64,000 nt of DNA from Hormiphora californensis (lineage: Eukaryota; Animalia; Ctenophora), in NCBI GenBank assembly GCA_020137815.1, contig CM035351.1:7564001-7628000 (forward strand), read 5' to 3'. Shown one piece after another: positions 14,901-30,900 of this stretch. The position numbers were made by a program, and so were the translations under genes. Each line of letters opens with the position of its first letter. The first letter of the stretch is position 1. The notes beneath the pieces are model-generated. The model did not search any database. It had not been told where the DNA came from and saw only the letters and a program-made list of their open reading frames with translations.

Positions 14901-17900
14901 ATCTTATCTCCTAGAAATAATGCCGATAAATGTAGGTAAATTGTTACACAATTATGAAATAAAATATAAAAATCGTTCATTCTATTGCCCCCTACCGGGG
15001 AATCCACCAAATTTGTTTGATTTTGGATCAATTAACACTATCATCTGCACAATTATTGAATAGGGAAGAAAACAAGAATCGTATTGAACAAGAATTAAAG
15101 CAAGGTTCTGGTTCTATTAGAATACACCCCGTTAATCTAGTATATTTATATAGCCTCAAATATTACTTTACTCCGTTTTAATGATTTCTAACCTCAACCC
15201 CATCTCTCTCTCTCTCTCAGTTGGCCCTGGTTCAGTGGAATGAACACATGTTGAGCCCACTAACGAGTCAGGTATATACACGAAAATAAATCAAGTGTGT
15301 GAGTGTGTGCTGTGTGTGTGTGTTTGCTTTCAACCTACTGAAACGCCCTCTTCTCGCCAGCACCGGCCGGGACAATCGGGTATTATGCGCTACACGACTA
15401 GCACCTTTCATCTCGATTGTAGAGTTGTTGGCGCGTTTGCCTGACCTTTTCTCTCTCACGAGAGCGCGCGCGTGGGTAAAATTCAGCTGATCTCCATCAT
15501 GCCGCGGTCACAAGACCATGAAATCACTGTTGACACCCTGGTTACCAATTACCCCTCAGGTAACCAAGGCGATACTTGTACTGATTGAGAAGGAACGAAA
15601 TGGGGAGTTGGTTAATACGGGCCTTATTAAGACAGCCATCAAGAGTTTCGTGGAGTTGGGTCTGAAGGGACACGCCCCTGAAAACAAGCTCAAAGTATAC
15701 GCCCAGAACTTTGAACACCACTTCCTTGCGGAGACTACGTGCTTTTACACCAACGAAAGTTCATCCTTCCTTCAGCAGAATCCGGTTTGTGATATAATAC
15801 TTCCCATCTTTTCTCAAGTTTTACCATCATTATCATAACGTGTTTATGTTTTCAAAACACATGGGTTTAAATGTTAGTTTGTATTATGCAACCTCTACTA
15901 TAACTGCTGCTGCGGATGTTATATAACTTATGTATATGATGTTATACCCCCATAATTAAGATCGTCTTATTTCCCTGTGGCAGGTTCCAGAGTACCTGAA
16001 GCAGGCCCAGAAGCGGCTCAAAGAGGAAATGGATAGGTGTGATAAGTACCTGGATGAGAGCACCCGATTTGAGCTGGAGCAGAAGTGTGTACATGTGCTA
16101 GTTGAGAAACATCTGGAGTTGTTCTTTGCAGAGTTTGTTAATCTGCTGGACAACGACAAGAATGAAGGTACTAATCACCCCCTCCCCGCCGTACTAGTGG
16201 TGTTAGATTGTAGATGTGACTAGATGTGATGGAAGAAGATACGTGCAAATGGTGTACTTATTATTCATCAGTTTCACCAAAACGAGTGCTCCCTAGTCCA
16301 CAATCCACACTCCACAATCGTGTCCATGACCTTCTCTAAGGGACATTATTATTTCACAATCCGCCCAGATATTGGTCGGATGTACGAGTTGGTTGTGAGG
16401 TTACCCACTGGGTTGCAGCACCTGAAGAATCTACTGGAAAATCATATCAAATCAGTTGGGCTGAAGGCGGTGGAGGCTTGTGGTAGAGGCAAGGATTCAG
16501 TGGTAAATATGTTGTTTTAACTTACCTGATTCTCTCTCACCGTGCCTCGTAAAGGAGGGTTAGAATACAATAACATATCTGAACGTTTTTATAATGACCC
16601 CCGTTACCCACAGGATCCGAAAGAGTACGTAAAGGCGCTCCTCGAGGTGCACAAGAAATACAATGACCTAGTAACAACGTCATTCGATAAGAATCCTATC
16701 TTTGTGCAAGCTCTGGATAAGGCGTGTACTGCCTTTATGAACAAGAACTGTGTATCAGAAACGTGTAATAACACAGGGAAATCACCTGAACTTCTCGCCA
16801 AATACTGCAATCTCCTCCTAAAGAAAAGGTTCGTGTAAACTTTTAAAAAACAGACCCGACAAAAATCTTGTTTGATAACCTTCCATCTTCTTGCCTTGCC
16901 CTCTCCCCGTACTCTCCCATCTTCCTAGTTCCCGTATATCGGCTGGGGAAGACCTGGAATCAATACTGAACAATGTTATGGTTATCTTCAAATACATCTT
17001 GGAGAAAGATGTTTTCCAGAGGTTCTACAGATCCCTCCTGGCTCACCGGCTTGTCAATGATACCTCTGTAGTCACATGATCTGGAGGGAACCATGATCTC
17101 AAATCTGAAGGTAGGGACCTCTCCACCCGCTCTTTGAGTGACCCCTCCCCCGTCCTCCTTTGCCCTTTGAGGTACCCCTCCTCCCTTTGTGAGGGAGCTC
17201 TGTAAGGGATGTGAAACAATGAGAATAAAGGAAAGGGCTATTATTTGTGATGAAACTATGTTCTCCAGATGTATACTGTGTCTTACTACTACTCTCATGC
17301 TCTAATGTCATTATTTACAGCAAGAGTGTGGGTTCGAGTACACTAGCAAGCTGCAGAAAATGTATACTGATACTCACACCAGTAGAGACTTGAACGATCG
17401 ATTCCACGAGTTTTGCAGCACACCAAGTACGTATTTTAGGAGCCTCTCTCCGCCCCACTGAGAACTTGTTGAGTAACAACTGAGAACAGGATTCAATGAT
17501 TCATGGACAATCATGTTTCAAATAGTCCATCAAGTGTTAATCCTACCACTTTTACAGTTCCTGGATTTTCTGTTATGGTTCTTTCTGACGGATCTTGGCC
17601 CTTCCCCCGACCCACATCCGAGTTTAACGTCCCCCCTGAACTACAGGTTTGTACCATAATAGGCCTTCTTCATATCATATGTTGCCCATATTTGGTCAGA
17701 ACACTTAACTTGATGCCCATATATGGTGGTAACGTGACTCATTACCAGGTGTACCACGAAAAGTTCTCAACATTCTACGATAAACAGCACAGCGGCCGAA
17801 AGTTATCATGGCTGTATAATCAAAGCAAAGGTGGGAGACAAGTTGACGAAATTAGGACACGATTTTTAGGGAAGATGTCAATTGTAAATTCGAATTTTTT

Positions 17901-19088
17901 AATCAAGAGACAGGGTGCCGTTTGCGCGTGCTAAACGTTTTCGCTCATATCTCCTGTTCCTGATAAGATGAAGACTTGATTTTGGTTGCGTTGAAAAGGT
18001 CCTAAAATTATCTTTCCAACGCTTCCGGGTTCAAGTCTTAAGATTGCCAGGAACTTGATCTCGATTGTCACACGCAAATACAATACGCCGCGTGACCTCT
18101 CTGAATGCACGGCCCCCTGTCCCTTGATTAAAAAATTCGACTATAATGTTTGGAAAAAACAGCTGACTAGATAAGTTCGTCAATTAGATTCGCTTGTCCA
18201 TCAGGTGAACTTGAATGGAGTAGGAAGCCCAAATCGACCCACCGTTTCCAGTGTACAATGTTCCAAACAAGTATCCTCCTGCTATTTAACCACAAAGACA
18301 GTTACACATTCGAGGAGATTCAGTCGAATACGGCCCTCGACCCAGAGCGACTCGATCAGATACTAAAACAACTCATCTCCTTCAATGTCCTGAAGAGTTC
18401 CTCAGGCACGGAGGGCAGCACCCTAGCTGCGGAAAACATCGATTTGAATCTCGACTTTTCAAGGTGAGGTTCTACAAGCTGAACTCTCAAGATTGCTTTA
18501 GGAGTTGACTATTTGTATTTCTTTGTTCTACAATATACTCAATTATTGTGCATTTTTCCTAAAATGTTCCTTAAATCCCCTCTCTCTCTCTTTAGTCGGA
18601 AGATTAGAATAAACTTGGCGATGCCCTTAAAGACAGAAGCTAAACAGGAGACAGAACAGACACACCAGAGTGTTAGAGAAGATCGGAATCTTGTGATACA
18701 GGTATCACCCCTGGCCCCGTAGCCCTCCCTCGATCACCTTTATACCATTCTTGGGTAGTTGGTACATCCCTCTATCCATCCCCTCTAGATTCTGTCAAAT
18801 CAATTCCAATACTTCCCAGGCTCGTGTGGTTAGGATCATGAAAGATAGGAAGCGGCTGAAACATTCTCTACTTCTTGCTGAGGTCCTACACCAACTACAG
18901 AATTTCCAGCCTAGCGTACAATCAATCAAGGTAAGGAACTGGGGGTCTTTTAATCGTAACTGTAATTTCTAGCTACATGTCCTATCCTTACCTCCCTCTC
19001 TTTTCAGAAAGCGATCGGTATCCTGATAGATAAGGAGTATATCGACAGAGTGGAAAATGAAAATGATGTCTACCAGTATCGGGCGTGA
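8980..19088 (+). CDS. CUL1: Cullin-1, multi-exon; exon 1 is 8980-9069, exon 2 starts at 13488, stop at 19086-19088; apparent +1 indel near 17070
   Basis: Spliced translation gives [78 protein letters not shown], the neddylation motif VRIMK and C-terminal LIDKEYI. Confidence 0.95.
9115..9283. mobile_element. 141-bp tail+hairpin insertion with 14-bp TSD (Penelope-like remnant)
   Basis: Direct repeat TAAGCGGGAGTTAT at 9115-9128 and 9270-9283. Perfect 33-bp inverted arms at 9171-9203 and 9239-9271. Confidence 0.65.
9327..13232. mobile_element. 3.9-kb foldback non-autonomous DNA transposon, Academ-like, in CUL1 intron 1
   Basis: Termini TAGTCTAGTGAAAA...TTTTCACTAGACTA with 4-bp TSD CATA (9323-9326, 13233-13236). 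Near-identical inverted arms of about 1.4 kb (mirrored ORFs at 9645-10284 and 12266-12905). Core of degenerate CTAGATACCCCTCAGA repeats. TAG termini with a 3-4-bp TSD fit the Academ superfamily. Confidence 0.85.
13375..13470. repeat. Short tandem duplication (CCCTCCCTTCCATTACCAATGAGTGGTATCCT x2) before the CUL1 exon 2 acceptor
   Basis: Direct reading. Confidence 0.8.
17890..18143. mobile_element. MITE in a CUL1 intron
   Basis: TIRs TCGAATTTTTTAATCAAGAGACAGGGTGCCGT / ACGGCCCCCTGTCCCTTGATTAAAAAATTCGACTA. The right end reads TAG on the minus strand. Confidence 0.7.
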
Positions 19089-19449
19089 TCATTATATACC
19101 GGATGTAAAACGTGATCTCTATACGATATGAATATCTCCCGTATTTGTTTCGATTTTCTCTCCCTCCTTTTCCTCCTCTACTTTGTTTTTCTGGTCTGTC
19201 TCCAGGATGTTGTGGTGACTTGATGTTCACTACACGGGGTATTGTGTGTTGTTGCAAAAACCAATAAAACTGTTCTAGCAGAGGGGTCTATCTATTTTTT
19301 ATTACCATGATTTGTAAATTTTCTCAAGATTTACTGCAGTTACTTGTAAGTAAAAGTTCTTCAAGTTCAGCAATTCATGTCTATCTTTATTTGGAAGGAA
19401 ATTCTCGGAAATGTCAATTGATTTTGAGCCATTGATTTTTGGTCCAAAT

Positions 19450-19610
19450 TTTACACGCGCAAATACAGTGCCGCGCAATATCTATTATTTTTACATTCAC
19501 AATAATGGCGCCGCGCGTTGTAATTTCATACTCACAAAATAAAAGTTCAAAATTCCGATTTTGAAATTTGAACTTTTTGTTTGGTTTTGAAAACCGTTTG
19601 AACTTTGATT
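19450..19610 (+). promoter_or_regulatory. CGCG/TTTGAA-rich putative promoter of the TMEM186-like gene
   Basis: ACGCGC and GCGCCGCGCG with multiple TTTGAA/TTCAAA motifs immediately upstream of the gene. Confidence 0.35.
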
Positions 19611-19673
19611 AATGATTTAAACAGTGGTCTGTGGCATATTCATGTTATATTATAATAATCTTGCAATAGGAAA

Positions 19674-20360
19674 ATGTTATCTCGATTCTCCAGACCCACC
19701 AAAACTCCATGGACGATCCTCCGACCATTCTCAACAGCCGCTCAACAAACTGAAGTTGCCGAACCGATCCTCGTCACGCGAGTACCCGCTTCAAAGATGA
19801 ATCTAGCTAAGCAAATAATGAAGATCAATCAGATCATCAGCGGAATAGGGTTTGTGGGTAATATCGGGTGTGTGGGATACTGGCAGGCAATGGAACCCCT
19901 GTCGTTGGAATATTCCGCAACGTTTGCATTTAACTTCATGGTGTTGACTATGTTCCCATGGTTACCGATTCTTGGAAGTACACGGTTGTTAGGACGAATC
20001 GAGCTAAACGAGAAACATGGTGTGCTAACTGTATCACATATCGATTTTGATCGGGAAAGGATCGACAAATCGTTTAATGTTCGACAGTGTTACTTTCCCA
20101 AGGATAAAATCTTCTGTCAACTACCAGATGGGAAGTACCTGTACAATCGACGATTAGCAAACCAAGAAGCCTTGGAGTTACTTGAGAGTGTTGCAAGTGA
20201 AAAACCAAAGAATGCAAAGGGAGGATTTCTAGATGACAATGCCTTGCGATGGTTTAGAGTGTCGGCATTTACCGTATTCCTCTTTGTGGCCTGCTTTCTA
20301 AGGACAGTGTATGAGCAAGCAAAAGTTAAATCTGAAGAGATTAAAAAAGTGAAATCTTGA
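19674..20360 (+). CDS. TMEM186: TMEM186-like mitochondrial membrane protein; single exon, 228 aa
   Basis: Arg/Ser/Thr-rich presequence-like N-terminus and two hydrophobic helices, then RLLGRIELNEKHGVLTVSHIDF..ER.D, matching the remembered TMEM186 pattern (RRLVGILYLN..G.LRVAHL.FWG.R.D). An extra C-terminal hydrophobic segment is present. Confidence 0.65.
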   Translation: MLSRFSRPTKTPWTILRPFSTAAQQTEVAEPILVTRVPASKMNLAKQIMKINQIISGIGFVGNIGCVGYWQAMEPLSLEYSATFAFNFMVLTMFPWLPILGSTRLLGRIELNEKHGVLTVSHIDFDRERIDKSFNVRQCYFPKDKIFCQLPDGKYLYNRRLANQEALELLESVASEKPKNAKGGFLDDNALRWFRVSAFTVFLFVACFLRTVYEQAKVKSEEIKKVKS

Positions 20361-20426
20361 AGAGGTTATTTTGTGATTAAGTTATTCAATGTAGTAAATT
20401 ATTTAAAAACACCATTTTTTCCCTGC

Positions 20427-20484
20427 CCGGGTGGATGCCCGAAGGGCATCCACCCGGATGATCGTTTTAGCACGTGTGCTAAAA
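20427..20484. repeat. Two adjacent hairpins/palindromes
   Basis: CCGGGTGGATGCCC-GAA-GGGCATCCACCCGG and TTTTAGCAC-GT-GTGCTAAAA. Confidence 0.85.
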
Positions 20485-20845
20485 AGATCATAAAGGGTTT
20501 AGAAATCTCGGATTTGAAATAGTAACTCGAGCGTGGTCAAAATCGCGTGTGTCACGGTAGCAGCATAGTAACTGCTCCTTCATAAAATCAAATAACTGTT
20601 TTGATGAAATATGATGTCAGGACGCTTATTTTTCAAAGCGCGGCGCTCACAACACTGTTGCTGAAGGGGTGAGGGTAGAGTAAAACAGCTGTGTAACTGC
20701 ATACATACAGGACGCATGCATCTCACATTGTGACCAAGCCTTGATATTGTGATACTGATAGTGTGATACTGATCCTGTCGACGGAGGGCAGGGAAACACC
20801 GCATTATGAATACATAATGCAATAATTCTTGTTAGTAGAGTAGCC

Positions 20846-23869
<3,024 letters not shown>

Positions 23870-24926
23870 ACAATCAAATATCTCACAGTTTAAACATTTA
23901 GTTTTACGGGCTTGCTGACACACAAAAAGTAACAACGACAATTTAGTTTTCTATACAACCTCAGAAACAACCGGCGGATTTTTAATGCGTTTTGATATAA
24001 TGTATTATTTATAAGACTCTTATTTATGAATTGAATTGAAAGACCAATTTGCGAATGAAAATAACGGCTTCTTTACTTTTCCGGGCTCGTCCCGTACTCA
24101 CACACACACAACCCCAGAGTGTATGTAACGCGCCGTGACACAGTACCAGACCAGGCAGGTAGGGAATGCGCGGCGGTAGACTCGCCCCGCCACCGCGCGC
24201 GCAACAAGAGAAGACCGCGGCCACCCGGACAAACATGTGGCCAACTCCAAGTGGCATCCTTCTTGCAGCACATTCTCTCTGTGTATCATGTGTGTGTACA
24301 TTATACAGGAAGAGGTGGTGTAGGTGTGTACCGGAAGTAACAGCATTCTCAGTCCCCTTTTCACCAACAAGAGGGAGGGGGTTTTAGAAAACACGCTTGT
24401 TTTTCCTTTTCTGAAGAAAATAAAATATACATTGATCAAACAACGACTATGCATATTTCTAATACGAAAGGAGTATCCACTTTAAAAAAAGTGCAAGTAT
24501 AACAAATCATTAGGTATGACAAACTCTCTAACTAACTACGTGATATATCAATATCATTTTGAATTCTTTCCGTCAAAAAACAAACCACAAAAAGGAAAAA
24601 AAGTGGTGAAAAAAGCCCTTAATGTATAGACACACTAAATCTTCTCGCAAAACCCAGTCAATATATCCTCAAAATAAGGTAAAGTATGATAGTTGTAAAT
24701 GGTGTACTAGGTATCGGATTCTCAGAGAAAGATGCGTTTTAGTTAGGCGCTCTAATAACGACAGTTCCCGATATATAGCTGATGGTTTCTAACCGCTCTA
24801 ACCGCTCAAACACACAGACACACAACTCATTAAATATCACATTTTAAATACACACACGTCACACACACGACCCTCTCAGGCATCCCTGATATATGCTCAC
24901 TAGCACAGATAGTTGATCTACTATTA

Positions 24927-27900
24927 TCACACTGCTATGGGTGTCTCGGTGGCCTGCTGTTGCAGCTCGTTTAGAGTATCGCTCAGTCTCTGCCACTCCT
25001 CTGACCGGGGGCTGGCCAGTTTCTGAAGGGAAATAGAGATTAACTTTATCTACAGTATACATATATAAGAATGATAAGATGAGTCATTATAACAGATATA
25101 TACAGGAAATGGTTTGCATCTTACCTCCTTGACTTCATACACAAACACCTTTCCATCACAATCGCCCACATGGATTTCACGACCGTTGGTGGACCACTGG
25201 AGACGGTTTATTGCAGACCGGGCATTGGTCTGCACCGATACCACTGGGATCTAAAGGATGGTTGTCAGCGTAGTATAGAATAAATGATTAGGGACAAGGG
25301 AGTATTAGCAATGTAATGATTCTTTCTATTCTATTCTTGCTTCTTCTACAAGATGGAGGAATGATCTTATTGATCTTGTGTCATGTCTGAGTGTGAGAGG
25401 ACCCCTTCCCCTCCTAAATGTTTATGAGAGGAGAGTAGCTATCCACACATGCATGCCAAGAGAATGTGGAAAATAAGAATCCTAAATTTCAACTCTCAAG
25501 CTTCAATTCTCACCTCTGTGTCAGTGTTTATATTCCAAATGTCGAGACGACCCATAGCATCCACTGTAGCGAAAACAGCAGGGTGAACTGGGGACCATTT
25601 GGCGTCAAAAACGTAGTCGTTAGCATTCTCAAATGAGTGTAGCGGCTTACTAATCTGTAGGGCAGAATGTTATATTAGGGAATGTACTTGTACAGGTTCT
25701 ATATAACAGTCCTATACCGGTTCTATACAGGGACAATAATGCACTTGTACAGGTCCTATAATACAGTGGCAATATACTGATGTGCAGTGTCTGTTAGAGA
25801 TAAACTGCATATCTCCCTTTGATGTGCCGTGAATATGTGTAAAATGTGCATTATATGCTCTGTCAACAGACAAAGGAGATAGTGAGGAAGAGAGATAGTG
25901 AGATAGTGAGGAAGAGAGACAAACACACGCGTCAACACTTTCTGATTATTCAAATATGCAACTTATAATATGCAAGTGAGTTACTGTCATGGTCTACAGC
26001 AGATCAAACTGCACAAGATCAGTACATCAGGGCATCACTGAAGAAGTGATATATGTTATAAGCTTCAAACACACTTCACAAACCTTGTTGCTCCACAGTT
26101 TCACAGTCCAGTCAGTCGAGGAAGAGATGAAGAGGTGACTGAAAGTCTCCCTGACCAACGGCCTTGTTGAAATCAATACCCGTTACAGGACCATGGTGGC
26201 CCTCGAAGGCATCGTTTATACCAGCTTTGTTACCGTGCCGAGAGCAGGAGAATAGGACACCCTCCTCACTACCTACTAGGAAACTGTTCACCTAATAGGA
26301 TGGGGAAAGGGTTAGGGATAAAGTAGGGGCATTTTAAATGGTACACGTATTGGAGTGGAAAAGTTATTTAACTAGCAGCCATTTTGTCTCTAACAAACTC
26401 TCTCTCTCTCTCTCATTCTATCTCTCCCGGAAGGAAAAAGTACCCATTGCGCACACCGGTAACATACACTCACTCAATTAAAGCATGTTGGGGTGCATTG
26501 CCGAAGCACACACAAACCTAACTCCCGGTTTTAATTACCGGCCTTGTTCCAACAAAACTACCAAACTTCTTACAATACTATGTACTGAGAACGGAAGTGC
26601 TCCTAAATTGTGTCTTAGGTCGAACACCTTCTACTTAGTACTCAAATAATAGCAAACCAAACAAACACGCCTCTCTCAAGATGAACATAGACCATCTCAA
26701 CTATATGTGGAGCGAGTAAACGAGCCACACTCACAGTACAAACGGGGGGTGCGACATGTTAACTTTGTTAACATTAACATCGAGAAAACAGGTGATTTAT
26801 TAACAAAATTAACAAAAAGTTAACAAACGTTAACAAATGCCATTTATGCCATCTAAATCGCCTTTAGCACGTATTTTTGGTATTTAACACTTGTTCTGTG
26901 AGCAAAGTTGGTCCATCTGCACGATTTACATACCACCGCTACCTCTATTACGGCTTTTTTACAGCGATTTGTTCAATTGTGTAAATTTTAATAAAAACTA
27001 GCCAAACTAAACTGCAATTGAAGTCAAATGACCCTAATCCACATTTTCCAACCCTAAAAACTAAATAAGACTCATGAATTTACCTTTAAACGAAAAATAT
27101 CCCAAAAATCTATTTTTCTAAAAAAACACAAGGATTTGTAGCGAAGCAAATTTTCAATCTTTGACCAAAAAATTGATTTTGGAAAATTTTTATTTCTTTT
27201 TCCAACAGAAACGTTGTATATCATCTTATTAAGTCCAAAGAATCGATTACAAATGAAAAAAAAATACGGTAAAGTGAGATTTTATATGCTAAATTGAAAA
27301 ATTTTAACTTTTGTATTTTTATCGATTTTGAGCTAAAAAACCTGTATGTCGGACTTTGGCTATCGGAAAAGGCCTTGTTTGGGTATGTATGTGTTAGGTA
27401 AGTCACTAAACTATAAAATTAAACCAGTTAAAATCGTATTATCAACCAATAAGAACAGTCTTTTAGCATTTGTTAATTTTGTTAATTTTGTTAATTAACA
27501 AAATCGAAAAAAAGAGGTGATTTATTAACAATTAACATGTCGCCCCCCCCCCTACAAACAATAACACAAACATGGTGATGTGGTATTACGTTATTATAGG
27601 GTTATTACCAGCTAAAACATCCAGCACTTGTAACAACTAGAACTTGTAACACCCAGAACTTGTAACACCCAGGTCCCAGATACCAGAACCGATTGTACCT
27701 ACCTCCCCGAGTGCAAAGGACATGGAAGTAACAGCGACAATTCTGTTCTTCTGCTGTAACTCAAGTTGATCCTGGGGCTGGGATAACATGTCGAGACTCC
27801 AGGAGCACAGTTTCCCATCCGTGGCAATGGAGATGAGATTGTGGGCGTTCTGGGTTCCAACCACTTGCAGACAGAACACGGGATGCTGGGAGAGGGGGAT

Positions 27901-30900
27901 CAATTAGTTATGAAATATTGAAGAATGGGGGGGGGGGGGTCCAGCCCTAAAAAAAGCTAAAGGTACCCTGATTTTGGTCGATTGCTTTTTTTATGTTGGC
28001 TTTTTTTAGCTTTTTTTAGCTTTTTTTAGCTTTTTTTAGCCCTACTTTTTATGTTTTTTCAGCATTCATCTTGACACTTTTCCATTAAATTTTCATCCTT
28101 CCGGACGTCTATTGACTGCATTTGTTCATTTCCTGCACATTTTTTACCATAATCTACCGTTTATGTCCATACATAGCAATTTCTGGTAATATGGTAGTTC
28201 TGGGCTAAACTTTTTCGACCGCTTTAAAGCGCTTTAAAGCGTTTGAGAAAGCGCTTTATAGCGCTATAAAGCGCTTTAAAGCGGTACCGCTTTAAAGCGC
28301 ACCGCTTTAAAGCGCTTTTAAAGCGCTAAAAGCGCTTTAAAGCGATTCTTGTCGCGATTTAAAGCGCTTCCGAAAGCGCTATAAAGCGCTTTCGCAAGCG
28401 CTTTAAAGCGCTACCGCTATAAAGCGCTTTTTTTGTTCAAAATCCAAAAATAAAGCGCTTTAAAGCGCTTTAAAAGCGCTTTAAAAAGCGCTATAAAGCG
28501 CTTTTAAGAACGCTTTATAGCGCTTTAAAGCGCTTTTAGCGCTTTATAGCGCTTTAAAGCGCTTTAAATCGTACAATAGCGCTTTAAAGCGCTTTTTAAA
28601 GCGCTTTTAAAAGCGGTCTAAAAAGCACTTTTAAAAACTGGTTTAAAAAGCGCTACAAAGCGCTATAAAGCGCTTTTTAAAGCGCTATAAAGCGCTTTAT
28701 AGCGCTATAAAAAGCGCTTTCGAAAGCGCTTTTAAGCGCTTTATAGCGCTTTAAAAAGCGCTTTATAGCGCTATAAAAAGCGCTTTTTTGGTGCTTTCGA
28801 AAGCGCTTTTAAGCGCTTTTTATAGCGCTTTAAAAAGCGCTTGATAAAGTGCTTTTTAGCGAAAGCGCTTTATAGCGCTACAAAAAGCGCTTTAAAGCGC
28901 TATAAAAAGCGCTTTATAGCGCTTTAAAAAGCGGTTTCAAAAGCGCTAAAAAAAGCGCTTTATAGCGCTATATAAAGCGCTTTATAGCGCTTTGTAGCGC
29001 TTTTAAAAGCGCTTTTGAAAGCGCTATAAAGCGCTAGAAAGCGCTTTAAAGCGTTTGAGAAAGCGCTTTATAGCGCTTTTTAAAGCGCTTTTAAAGTGCT
29101 TTAAAGCGCTTTATTTTTTGATTTTGAACAAAAAAAGCGCTTTATAGCGGTAGCGCTTTAAAGCGCTTGCGAAAGCGCTTTATAGCGCTTTCGAAAGCGC
29201 TTTAAATCGCTACAAGAATCGCTTTAAAGCGCTTTTAGCGCTTTAAAAGCGCTTTAAAGCGGTGCGCTTTAAAGCGGTACCGCTTTAAAGCGCTTTATAG
29301 CGCTATAAAGCGCTTTCTCAAACGCTTTAAAGCGCTTTAAAGCGGTCGAAAATGTTCAGCCCAGAACTACCATATTACCCAATTTCTGTATCCACCCCTA
29401 CTGCCATTTTCTGGAGACATTTTTTCGATAAAAATATTATTCAAATTTGATAAAAACAGTTTTAAAAAAGTTCAAAAAACGTTATAAAACGTTATAATAA
29501 AAGTTTAAAAAATTTGGCGTCAGCGGGATTCGAACCTATACGAATCCACGAAAAACTCAATTTTAGCTTTTTTTTAGCTTTTTTTAGCTTTTTTTAGCCT
29601 AAAAAAGCTAAAAAAGCTAAATAAAGCTAAAAAAAGCTAAAAATAGCTAAAAAAGGCTAAAAAAAGCTAAAAAAAGCTAAAAAAAGCTAAAGGTACCCTG
29701 ATTTTGGCCGATAGCTTAGCTTTTTTTAGGGCTGGACCCCCCCCCCCCAAGAATGTATTACAATTGCATATTTTACTGGTACATTTGTATACAAGTTTGT
29801 GCAACTCCTGTGTAACTGTAATACAGTTACTGTATACCGTGTGTGCTGAAGCTGATAGTGGACTCCGTTGAATTGGTGTCCGTTTACCCGCTCTCATATC
29901 CCATGCTACGATCTGACCGGAGTAGGTTCCACCCAGAATTAGGTTGGGCTGGAACTTGGCGAAGCAGGCCGACATTACTGGGGACTGGGGGAGATAAGGC
30001 CGGGGTGAGTCAGGACAAGGAGTTCTTTATCAGTTGAATTATTTAGTGGAAGCGTCTCAATGTACAGGTTGGGTTATTATACTATGTACATACTCGGCTT
30101 GACAATATAATCCTGATAATACCTGACAATGGAAGATGTACTCAGGAGATGTTTTAGAGAACTTCTTATTCCAAACCAGGACAACTCCCTCGGGCTCATT
30201 TGGTGCTTCCTCGTTATTGTTGTAGCTAGTCAAGAGCAGTTCTGGGAACTTTGCATGGACATCAAATGATGTGACACATCGGTTTCTACTCCACCTCTCA
30301 TCTTCAAATACTCGGTCACACCGCAGCATCTCATCAGCCGTATCACCACTGTAGGGAGGGGTGTGTTTGATAGGATAGTGAGGTGTTAGATAGTGTTAGG
30401 GGTGTGTTAGATGATCTTTATTATATCTGGTTGCACTTTCAAGGATTAATCCGCACACTTGAGATAGTTTCAAAGGAGGAAAGGTAGTTGTGAAGAAGGA
30501 GAGGGTGAATTAAATGCCGTTCACATTTGGTTCGATTCAGGGAGACAGGTGGCTTGAAGCTGCAGCAGGTCAGTGAACAGATTGTACACACTGTGTCCCG
30601 CGCGATAATCACCCTACTTTAGTTGTAAGAGAACACTCGCGCGCTACATCTAGTCCTGGACAAATGGCGAGACCGGTGGTGTGCGAGAGGGAGCGAGAGA
30701 AAGGGTGAATTTATATTGGGAGAGAAAGTGGTTGGGCGGGGAGAGAATAATAGAAAAACAGTAGAGAGATTATTATCGGCTGCACATATTTCATGTGAGC
30801 GTCAATGTCCTGCAGTAGTGTACAACTGTCTCTTATCTGCCGTGGTTCCAATGCACTACCGTAAGGGTGTGGACTGTGAAAATGAAAGGATACAGAATTC

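Larger units (their letters stand above)
27928..29748. mobile_element. G-run/C-run-terminated element with AAAAAAGCT repeats; host of a nested element
   Basis: (G)nTCCAGCCCTAAAAAAAGCTAA...TTAGCTTTTTTTAGGGCTGGA(C)n with TSD AAGAAT(G). Confidence 0.8.

Noticed and set aside
28215-29345. Regular short repeats as a possible CRISPR array
   Set aside because: Eukaryotic intron, no unique spacers and no cas genes; it is a satellite within a TIR element.
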